From contig CALVOC010000001.1 of NCBI GenBank assembly GCA_944350145.1, positions 1 to 40,029 of the forward strand: a DNA stretch of 40,029 nt, in the 5' to 3' direction. Each line of letters starts with the position of its first letter. Within the stretch, counting starts at the first letter, position 1. The position numbers and the translations under genes were made by a program. The stretch comes from an uncultured Bacilli bacterium. GTDB lineage: Bacteria > Bacillota_I > Bacilli_A > RF39 > UBA660. The notes below the pieces were generated by a model, which was given only the letters and a program-made list of their open reading frames with translations, made no database searches and was not told the DNA's origin. Below, piece by piece: positions 26,338-34,025 of this stretch.

Positions 26338-28317
26338 ATGAATCAAAGTGATATTCTAGCAGTGAATGAATTAAAGATTTTGTCTTTAGATATTATTGAT
26401 AAAGCGGGAAGTGGAAATCCTGGAATTTGTATGGATATGAGTGCAGTAATGTATACGTTATTTGCGAAAGTTTTAAATGTTTATCCTAAAAATCCTACTT
26501 TTTTTAATCGCGATCGAGTTATTTTATCTTCAGCACATATTTCTCCGTTATATTATGCAATGCTTTATATGGCTGGATATCCTTTAAATAAAGAAGATTT
26601 AATGAATTTTCGTCGACTTAATTCTAGTACTCCAGGAATGCCTGAATTAAACAATCCAGCTGGTGTTGATGCATCTACTGGTGTTGCTGGAGGTGGCGTA
26701 GGTGTTGCTGTTGGGTGTGCTCTTGCCAGAAGATACCTTAATTCTTTAATTCAAAAAGAAGATGAGAAGTTAAATCTTTTAAATTTCACAACATTTTGCT
26801 TTGTAAGTGATGCTGACATGATGAGTGGTGCTTCTGAAGAAGCTTTTAGTTTTGCTGGTGTTCAAAATATAGAAAATTTGATTTTTTTGTATGATGCAAA
26901 TCAAATGACAGCAGAAGGAAGTTTAGAACAAGTATTTCATGAGGATCTTGTAAAAAAATTTCAAAACAAGGGTTTTTATGTTGATTCGTTAAAAGATTCA
27001 GAAAATGTTAAAGAAATCGCTAAGGCGATTGAAGCTGCTAAACGTTCTAAAAAACCTGCATTGATTTTGTTTAAAAATATTATTGGAAAAGGCTCATTTA
27101 ATGAAGGAAAAAATATTGTTCATTCTGGTGTGTTATCTTTTGATGATATTTCCTCTTTAAAAAGAAAGTATAATATATTTTTGCCTCCTTTTGAAATTTC
27201 TAAAGATTCTATTTTACATATTGCAACTCAAATTCAAGAACGTACTGGAAAAATTGAAAAGAAATTTAATGAAATGTTTTCAAGAGCTCAAAATATAAAT
27301 AGTCCATTTTTAAATGGAATTATCCAATTACTTTCAAATGGCAATTTTGTTAGCGATTTTGATTCGGCAAATTATAAAATTAATGATGGGTATCGAGAGC
27401 CTCTTATTGAATCTAATTATAAAATTATGAATTTAATTGCTCCAAGAACGAATTTTTTCATTGGAGGTAGTGCTGGGCTTAGTTTATCTTGTCAGACTTT
27501 ACTTGGTGGGGCTGTTTATATGGATCAAAAGAATCCAACTGCGAAAAATATTCGCTTTGGAATTCGAGAAGAAGCTATGTCTTATATTTTAAATGGAATG
27601 AGTTTGCTTGGTTTAAGAGTATTTGGGTCTACTAAACTTTGTTTTGCTGATGAGTTAAAAAGCGGAATGCGTCTTAGTGCTCTTATGAATATGCCTGTTA
27701 CATATATTTTTACGCACGATAGTATTTATAATAGTGAGGAAGGACCTGTACGCATTCCCATTGAGCAATTAGCTATGATGCGTAGTATTCCAAATTTTGT
27801 TGTGTATCGTCCTGCCGATATTATGGAACTTATGGGAACATGGGAAGCTATTTTGCAAAATTGTAAGCCTTGTGCTCTTGTTATAAGTACAAATAGTATT
27901 CCTAAATTGCCTGGTTCAAATGCTAAAGAAGTGAAAAAAGGTGCTTATATTATAAAACCGGAAGTATCTCGTTTGGATGGCATTTTGATTGCAACTGGAA
28001 GTGAAGTAGTAAGTGCTATGCAAATTGCTTTTGATCTACAAAAAAATGGTTTGGATTTGCGGGTTGTTTCGATGCCTTCTATGGATACTTTCTTAACAAT
28101 GGGAGTAACTTATGAAGAACAAATCTTGCCTAAAAATGTTAAGACCGCGGTGATTGAAGCTGGTAGTAGTTTTGGATGGCATCGCTTTGCAACTAATGAT
28201 GATTTTATTTTGAATATTTCTGATTTTGCTTATTCGGGATATCCATTAGAAGTACTTCAGAAAATGGAATTTGATTATGATAGTTTAAAGATGAAAATAG
28301 AAAGTTTAATGAAATAA
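26338..28317 (+). CDS. tkt: transketolase homologue with degenerate active-site and ThDP motifs
   Basis: Collinear with my recollection of bacterial Tkt over its full length (659 aa): NRDR.ILS, GVDASTG, FGIRE.AM, PVTYIFTHDSI, RPAD, ATGSEV, VVSMPS. However SGHPG is SGNPG, TPGHPE is TPGMPE, GDGxxMEG is SDADMMSG, GEDGPTH is SEEGPVR and (S/T)RQN is STNS. Confidence 0.85.
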   Translation: MNQSDILAVNELKILSLDIIDKAGSGNPGICMDMSAVMYTLFAKVLNVYPKNPTFFNRDRVILSSAHISPLYYAMLYMAGYPLNKEDLMNFRRLNSSTPGMPELNNPAGVDASTGVAGGGVGVAVGCALARRYLNSLIQKEDEKLNLLNFTTFCFVSDADMMSGASEEAFSFAGVQNIENLIFLYDANQMTAEGSLEQVFHEDLVKKFQNKGFYVDSLKDSENVKEIAKAIEAAKRSKKPALILFKNIIGKGSFNEGKNIVHSGVLSFDDISSLKRKYNIFLPPFEISKDSILHIATQIQERTGKIEKKFNEMFSRAQNINSPFLNGIIQLLSNGNFVSDFDSANYKINDGYREPLIESNYKIMNLIAPRTNFFIGGSAGLSLSCQTLLGGAVYMDQKNPTAKNIRFGIREEAMSYILNGMSLLGLRVFGSTKLCFADELKSGMRLSALMNMPVTYIFTHDSIYNSEEGPVRIPIEQLAMMRSIPNFVVYRPADIMELMGTWEAILQNCKPCALVISTNSIPKLPGSNAKEVKKGAYIIKPEVSRLDGILIATGSEVVSAMQIAFDLQKNGLDLRVVSMPSMDTFLTMGVTYEEQILPKNVKTAVIEAGSSFGWHRFATNDDFILNISDFAYSGYPLEVLQKMEFDYDSLKMKIESLMK

Positions 28318-28369
28318 TTCGACATAATTCACGCATTTTATCTGTTATTCTAAAAAAGAGGTGAGATAG

Positions 28370-28795
28370 ATGCGTGTTTTTTATATTTTTCAAATAAAGA
28401 AAGATTTAACTAAGATTACAAAAGAAAATCCTTATACATTATTTCATACGTTGGAAACGATTTATTATCGTGAACCAGATGACATTAAATTGGGATATGT
28501 TTTTTTAAAACAAATTATTGATCCTATACCTATCAAAGAATTAGATGTTCTTTTATTTAAAAGGTATAAAGAAAATTATTTTTATATGAAATATCGAAAT
28601 ATTCATAGTATGCATGATGTTTATCGTAAAGAAAATACCGTTTTAACTTTAAATAAAACTTATTTAAAGTTAGAAACGAATGTTATTAAGCCTAGATTTT
28701 TAGAAGAGTTGCAAAAAAATCACAGTTTATTTGTCTGTGATTTTCAAGAAAAAGATTATTTTTGGTTAGATTCTTTAGAACCATTGCCCATATAA
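28370..28795 (+). CDS. sirA: SirA (YneE)-like sporulation inhibitor of replication
   Basis: 141 aa. MRVFYIFQIKKDL..., IIDPIPI and FVCDFQEKDYFWL parallel B. subtilis SirA as I recall it (MERHYYTYLIKEEF, ITQPIPI, FLAMDFNSKRYGWL). Same position after tkt as in B. subtilis. Confidence 0.55.
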   Translation: MRVFYIFQIKKDLTKITKENPYTLFHTLETIYYREPDDIKLGYVFLKQIIDPIPIKELDVLLFKRYKENYFYMKYRNIHSMHDVYRKENTVLTLNKTYLKLETNVIKPRFLEELQKNHSLFVCDFQEKDYFWLDSLEPLPI

Positions 28796-29886
28796 ATAAT
28801 GGGTTTATTTTGTTTATCGAATAAAGAAGACTTAGAATGAGTGAGTAAATCATAAATTAAAGCAGCCTTTTTTTCTTCTTGATATATTACATCGTCTTTT
28901 AAAACTGCCGTCGGAAGAGTAAATGTCTTTTTCTTTTCCTTTAAATATTGTTTTCCTTTTAATGAAAAGCCAAGTATATGAATGTAAGAGATAGAAATGT
29001 GGGCTTTTTCTTTTGTATGGCCAAGTAAAATATGCATTAACATTCTTCTTAGACGATTGTAGGTATATCGTTTGCTTTTTAATAATGTTAAAAGTTCGTT
29101 AAAAGAATTTGCTTTTGTAATTTCTTTTTTTAATTTGTAATCTAAACCTTCTGTTACATCGATGTAAAGATCTAAGTGTTCATCGGTTAGAATACGATAT
29201 TTCAATAGTTCAAATAGTTTTTGGGTATCTATTGCTTGCCAACTTTCTAAAGATTTGGAAGGTAAGTATGCACTTATATCTTCCATTTTTTCTTTTTTTG
29301 CACGAATGTTTGTTGCACTTATAACGGATTCGCAAGAGGTTGTATCGTGGTAGTCATTTGTTCTTTTTATTGTTTCGATTTCTATTTTATAATGATTTTT
29401 TAAAATTGCTTTGCAATAACTTATTCCAAGAAGATCGTTTGGAGGTAGGGTAGTGTCTAGTTGTAAAGATTGATTAATTCTTTTAGGATAATTGAGATTT
29501 TTTTGAGAATTATTTAAAATAAATTCGCTTTTCACTTGTTCAGAAGCCAATTTCCATAGCATTTCTTTATTGTTTGATTCACTTCCAAAAATTAAAATTT
29601 CAACTTTTAAAGCATTTAATAAAAAAAGACTTTTCTCAGCAAAGGTATCTGCTGATTGAGTTCCGAATAGTGCTGGTAATTCTACTACTATATCCACTTT
29701 ATTTTCTAAAGCCAATTTTGTTTTATCTTCTTTCGATAAAACACTAATTTCGCCTCGTTCTAAAAAATATCCATTTAAAATTAATATAAGCAAAGAGTCT
29801 GGATACTTTTTTTTGATTTCGTTTATATGATATATATGACCGTTGTGAAACGGGTTATATTCAGCAATTATTCCAATGATTTTCAT
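28756..29886 (-). CDS. tmcAL: tRNA(Met) cytidine acetate ligase (YlbM/UPF0348 nucleotidyltransferase)
   Basis: MKIIGIIAEYNPFHNGHIYH (HIGH-like motif). AAAGGAGA RBS 5 nt before ATG 29886. Divergent from yceD-rpmF as in B. subtilis. Confidence 0.8.
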   Translation of the reverse strand: MKIIGIIAEYNPFHNGHIYHINEIKKKYPDSLLILILNGYFLERGEISVLSKEDKTKLALENKVDIVVELPALFGTQSADTFAEKSLFLLNALKVEILIFGSESNNKEMLWKLASEQVKSEFILNNSQKNLNYPKRINQSLQLDTTLPPNDLLGISYCKAILKNHYKIEIETIKRTNDYHDTTSCESVISATNIRAKKEKMEDISAYLPSKSLESWQAIDTQKLFELLKYRILTDEHLDLYIDVTEGLDYKLKKEITKANSFNELLTLLKSKRYTYNRLRRMLMHILLGHTKEKAHISISYIHILGFSLKGKQYLKEKKKTFTLPTAVLKDDVIYQEEKKAALIYDLLTHSKSSLFDKQNKPIIYMGNGSKESNQK

Positions 29887-29952
29887 AGGCATCTCCTTTC
29901 ATTAAGTCTATCATAGATTGAAATTTCTCGCAAATTATACTATAATGAAAGT

Positions 29953-30450
29953 GTGATGTGTATGGAAATAAATTTGAAAGAAGTCCCTATTAGGCCAATA
30001 AGCTATGAAGGAAATGTTGAAATTCCTAAAGAATATTATGAAAAAATGGATATTGTTGACATTCAGAATGTTCATTTGAATTTTGAAATTTTTAAAAATG
30101 CGGATCAAGAAGACGTATTGCATTTGAAAAGTTCGGGCACTTTTATTTTACAAGATGCAAGAGATTTAAAGGAAGTTCCGTATCCTTTTCAGTTTGAATT
30201 TACAGAAAAATTGAATGAAGAAAGTGAAATATGTGGGGGATTTTTAGAAAATTTGCAAAATACACTTGATATTATGGCCATTTTATGGGAAAATATTGTA
30301 CTGGAAAACCCAATTAGTTATACGGTGAGTGATTCTTTAGAAAAGCCTAAAGAAAATGCTGGCTGGAGAATAGTTGGGCAAGAGGATGAAAAAGAAATCG
30401 ATCCTAGACTAGCTCCTTTGGTGGAGCTTCTAAATAAGAAAAAGGAGTGA
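29953..30450 (+). CDS. yceD: YceD/YlbN (DUF177) large-subunit ribosomal accumulation protein
   Basis: C-terminal hallmark EIDPRLAPLVELL. Located immediately upstream of rpmF. Start is uncertain (29953-29962). Confidence 0.8.
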   Translation: MMCMEINLKEVPIRPISYEGNVEIPKEYYEKMDIVDIQNVHLNFEIFKNADQEDVLHLKSSGTFILQDARDLKEVPYPFQFEFTEKLNEESEICGGFLENLQNTLDIMAILWENIVLENPISYTVSDSLEKPKENAGWRIVGQEDEKEIDPRLAPLVELLNKKKE

Positions 30451-30455
30451 GAAAA

Positions 30456-30665
30456 ATGAGACTAAACCTTCAATTATTTGCTGTTCCATTTAGAAGAACT
30501 AGTAAGACAAAGAAAAGAATGCGTCGTACCCATTTAAAAAAAGAAGTAGGAGCAATTAGTACTTGTCCAAAATGTGGAGCAAATTTAAGACCTCATCGTG
30601 CTTGTGCAAAATGTGGATATTATAAAAACGAAGATGTTTTACATATTAAAAAAGAAGAAGAATAA
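30456..30665 (+). CDS. rpmF: 50S ribosomal protein L32 with an 8-residue N-terminal extension
   Basis: AAGGAG RBS 8 nt before ATG 30456. Product MRLNLQLF-AVPFRRTSKTKKRMRRTH... with zinc knuckles CPKCG/CAKCG. Confidence 0.9.
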   Translation: MRLNLQLFAVPFRRTSKTKKRMRRTHLKKEVGAISTCPKCGANLRPHRACAKCGYYKNEDVLHIKKEEE

Positions 30666-30674
30666 TTTTTATGA

Positions 30675-30703
30675 TTGAAATTATAATAAGAATGTATTAT
30701 AAT
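30675..30703 (+). promoter_or_regulatory. sigma-A promoter of tRNA-Arg
   Basis: TTGAAA - 17 nt - TATAAT, ending 10 nt before the tRNA 5' end. Confidence 0.65.
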
Positions 30704-30713
30704 TTCTTTAGAT

Positions 30714-30790
30714 GTCCTGGTAGCTCAGCTGGATAGAGCAATCGCCTTCTAAGCGATCGGTCGTGAGTTCGAATCTCGCCCAGGACACCA
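30714..30790 (+). tRNA. tRNA-Arg (anticodon UCU), CCA encoded
   Basis: Manual cloverleaf fold: GTCCTGG/CCAGGAC acceptor stem, GCTC-AGCTGGATA-GAGC D-arm, ATCGC-CTTCTAA-GCGAT anticodon arm, GTGAG-TTCGAAT-CTCGC T-arm. Confidence 0.9.
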
Positions 30791-30803
30791 TTTCTGTTTA
30801 TTA

Positions 30804-30828
30804 AGTCTCGTGTTTACGAGGCTTTTTT
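30804..30828 (+). terminator. rho-independent terminator after tRNA-Arg
   Basis: AGTCTCGT-gttt-ACGAGGCT followed by T6. Confidence 0.8.
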
Positions 30829-31009
30829 AATAACCTTTAAAAATGACATCTCACGTGCAATATCTCTTCTTATATTAGATTCCTCTCTATTGAAATCGCA
30901 AGGACTTTTGTTGTTGATCAAATATACTCTGTTTTTAAAACCTGTCAATTATTTTAAAATAAAAGAAGGGTGTGGGATTTATTCCATATAATAATTAGTA
31001 TTAATCATT

Positions 31010-32089
31010 ATCATATTTGAAAAAAGTTGACTACAATAATCAACAAATAATAAAAGTTATAACAGGAATTAGAAGGTGTGGAAAATCAAAAGTATAAGAA
31101 ATATATCAAGACTATTTGAAAGATAATGGAGTAAAGAATAATCAAATAATTTCCATAAATTTTGAAGATGCGGATTATGAAGAACTGCAAGATAGAAAAA
31201 ACTATATGCATATATTAAAGCAAAATTGGTTAAAGGAAAAAGACTTATGTATTTTTAGATGAAGTTCAAAATGTAAATGAATTTGAAAAAACAGTAGATA
31301 GCTTATTTATAAATAAAGATGTAGATTTATATATAACTGGTTCAAATGCGTATTTATTATCTTCAGAATTAGCCATATTACTTACAGGAAGATATATTGA
31401 AATAAAAATGTTGCTATTATCCTTTAAAGAGTATGTATCTGCTTTTGAAGATAAAACAGATATATCGAGAAAGTTTAGTAGCTATTTAAGATACAGTTCT
31501 TTCCCTCAGGCAGTAGAATTATACAAAATAAATCCAGAGAATATCAATATGTATATATAAAACAATTTTGTTTAAAGATGTAATGCAGAGAAAAGGAATA
31601 ACGGATAAAAATGTTTTAGAAAGAGTTGCAAAATATTTATACGATAATATAGGAAATAGAACTAGCATGAAAAGCATAAGTGATAATATTGAAGGTTAGA
31701 TAAAAATTCATCATATAATACAGTTTCAAATTATGTAGATGCACTTATGGGTAGCTATTTAATATTTAAAGCTACTAGGTATGACATAAAAAGAAAAGAA
31801 TATTTAAAAACACAAGAAAAACACTATGCGGTAGATATAGGACTAAGATATTATATGTTAGGTCAAGGTTCTGGTAGAGGGACATATTTTAGAAAATGTT
31901 GTGTATCTTGAATTGCTAAGAAGAGGCTATGATGTATATATAGGAAAATATGATGAATTAGAAGTCGATTTTGCTGCTAAAAAGCCAGAAAATACAATTT
32001 ATTACCAAGTTGCATTGACAATAAGAGCAGAAGGTGATGAAGAAAATAAAATTTTAGATAGGGAATTCATGCCTTTAAAGAAAATATAG
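31010..32089 (+). pseudogene. degraded AAA-ATPase gene (AAA_14 + DUF4143 family)
   Basis: Fragments across three frames: IKVITGIRRCGKSK*, IFLDEVQNVNEFEKTVDSLF..DLYITGSNAYLLSSELAILLTGRYIEIKML.LSFKEY, RYDIKRKEYLKTQEKHYAVDIGLRYY, and the C-terminus LELLRRGYDVYIGKYDELEVDFAAK (ORF 31901..32089). Multiple frameshifts and stops; the N-terminus is missing. Confidence 0.75.
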
Positions 32090-32186
32090 GTGCTATTAAA
32101 AATTTTAGAATTATGGATAATTTCTTTCTTGACACAATGTTTACGTGCTGCATGAACTAATTATGTAATTTGTTTCGAAAAAATGC

Positions 32187-32216
32187 TTGACTTAAAAGGA
32201 AAAAAAGTACTATAAT
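32187..32216 (+). promoter_or_regulatory. sigma-A promoter of the ABC exporter operon
   Basis: TTGACT - 18 nt - TATAAT, 45 nt upstream of the start codon. Confidence 0.6.
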
Positions 32217-32261
32217 CCTAAAGTCTATAGAATTTTATATGGAAAAAAGGAGGAAAAAGAT

Positions 32262-34025
32262 ATGGTAAAAAAACTGTCAAAATATGTTAAAGAATATAAA
32301 TCTGCGGCTGTACTTACACCAATTTTTGTGGTTTTAGAAGTTGTCATGGAAGTATTAATTCCTTTTCTGATGGCTAAAATTATTGATGTTGGAATTTATG
32401 GAGGAAATGTTTCTTATATTGTTCAAATGGGTACAATTTTAATTATTTGTGCTATTTTATCTTTAGGTTTTGGAATGCTTTCTGGAAGATTTGCAGCAAA
32501 AGCTAGTTCTGGTTTTGCAAAAAATTTGAGAAAAGCAATGTTTTATAAAGTACAAGATTATTCTTTTGAAAATATCAATAAATTTTCTACGTCTAGTTTG
32601 GTAACTCGAATGACTACAGATGTAACAAATGTTCAAATGGCTTTTCAAATGATTATTCGAATTTTGGTGAGAGGGCCAATCATGATGATTTTTGCTTTAC
32701 TTATGGTGCTTTCTATAAATGTACGTTTATCTTTAATTTTTTTAATTGCCATACCTATTTTAGGAGGTATTTTACTTTTTATTGCTTTAAAGGCTCATCC
32801 AAATTTTGAAAGAGTTTTTAAAAAATATGATTCATTAAATCGCGTTGTTCAAGAAAATGTTTCTGCAATTCGTGTAGTTAAAGCTTATGTTCGTGAAGAT
32901 TATGAAGAAAAAAAGTTTAAAAAAGTAAACGATGAAGTATATGATAATTTTAAACGAGCAGAAAAAATTATTGCTTTTAATAGTCCAGCAATGCAAACAA
33001 CTATTTATACTTGTATTTTGTTTATTTCTTGGATTGGAGCAAATTTAATTGTTGCGGGTTCAATGCAAACTGGGGAATTATCTAGTGTAATTACTTATGC
33101 TTGGCAAATTCTTGCAAGTTTAATGATGCTTTCTATGGTATTTGTGATGATTATTATGGCGACTTCTTCAGCAGAAAGAATTTTAGAAGTTATTGAAGAA
33201 GAACCAACCATAAAAAATAAAAGACAAACGATTAAAGAAGTGAAAGATGGAAGTATTGAATTTAAAAATGTCGATTTTGTCTATAGTGATGAAAAAGATT
33301 CGAATAAATTTGCCTTAAAAAATATCAATTTGAAAATTAAATCTGGTGAAACTATTGGAATTATTGGAGGAACAGGAAGCTCTAAATCTTCTTTGGTTCA
33401 ATTAATTCCTAGATTGTATGATGTTACTCACGGTACTGTTACTGTAGGTGGAGTTGATGTAAAAAAATATGACATTCATGCTTTACGTGATGCAGTATCT
33501 ATGGTTTTACAAAAAAATGTTTTATTTTCAGGAACGATTGCTGAGAATTTGCGTTGGGGAAAGAAAGATGCGACGGATGATGAATTAAAAGAAGCTTGTA
33601 AATTAGCACAGGCAGATAGTTTTATTGAAGAGTTTCCAAGTAAATATGAAACCGTTTTAGATCAAGGAGGAACGAATGTTTCTGGTGGACAAAAACAACG
33701 TATTTGTATTGCTAGAGCTTTATTGAAAAAACCAAAAATTTTAATTTTGGATGATTCAACTAGTGCAGTGGATACTAAAACAGATGCATTTATAAGAAAA
33801 GCATTTAAAGAAAAAATTCCGAATACTACTAAGATTATCATTGCTCAACGTATTAGTTCTGTAGTTGATGCAGATCGTATTATTGTCATGAATAATGGTA
33901 AAATTGATGGTATTGGAACAAATGATGAGTTGTTAAAGACTAATCAAATTTATCGTGAAGTATATAATTCTCAAATGAAGGGAAGTGGAAAAGATGAAGA
34001 AAAAAAATCAAGGAAAAACCATTAA
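32262..34025 (+). CDS. ABC exporter half-transporter (TMD-NBD), subunit with the degenerate Walker B glutamate
   Basis: 6 TM segments plus an NBD. Walker A GGTGSSKSS, signature VSGGQKQR, Walker B ILILDDSTSAVD (Asp in place of the catalytic Glu). Confidence 0.9.
   Translation: MVKKLSKYVKEYKSAAVLTPIFVVLEVVMEVLIPFLMAKIIDVGIYGGNVSYIVQMGTILIICAILSLGFGMLSGRFAAKASSGFAKNLRKAMFYKVQDYSFENINKFSTSSLVTRMTTDVTNVQMAFQMIIRILVRGPIMMIFALLMVLSINVRLSLIFLIAIPILGGILLFIALKAHPNFERVFKKYDSLNRVVQENVSAIRVVKAYVREDYEEKKFKKVNDEVYDNFKRAEKIIAFNSPAMQTTIYTCILFISWIGANLIVAGSMQTGELSSVITYAWQILASLMMLSMVFVMIIMATSSAERILEVIEEEPTIKNKRQTIKEVKDGSIEFKNVDFVYSDEKDSNKFALKNINLKIKSGETIGIIGGTGSSKSSLVQLIPRLYDVTHGTVTVGGVDVKKYDIHALRDAVSMVLQKNVLFSGTIAENLRWGKKDATDDELKEACKLAQADSFIEEFPSKYETVLDQGGTNVSGGQKQRICIARALLKKPKILILDDSTSAVDTKTDAFIRKAFKEKIPNTTKIIIAQRISSVVDADRIIVMNNGKIDGIGTNDELLKTNQIYREVYNSQMKGSGKDEEKKSRKNH

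Noticed and set aside
28331-28376. A 7-bp inverted repeat CACGCAT...ATGCGTG spanning the sirA-like RBS and start codon, as a possible translational control hairpin.
   Set aside because: It has only 7 bp with a 32-nt loop, which is too weak to claim without conservation or probing data.
31901-32089. The 62-aa ORF.
   Set aside because: It is the C-terminal fragment of the decayed DUF4143 ATPase gene (LELLRRGYDVYIGK..EVDF). There is no RBS.
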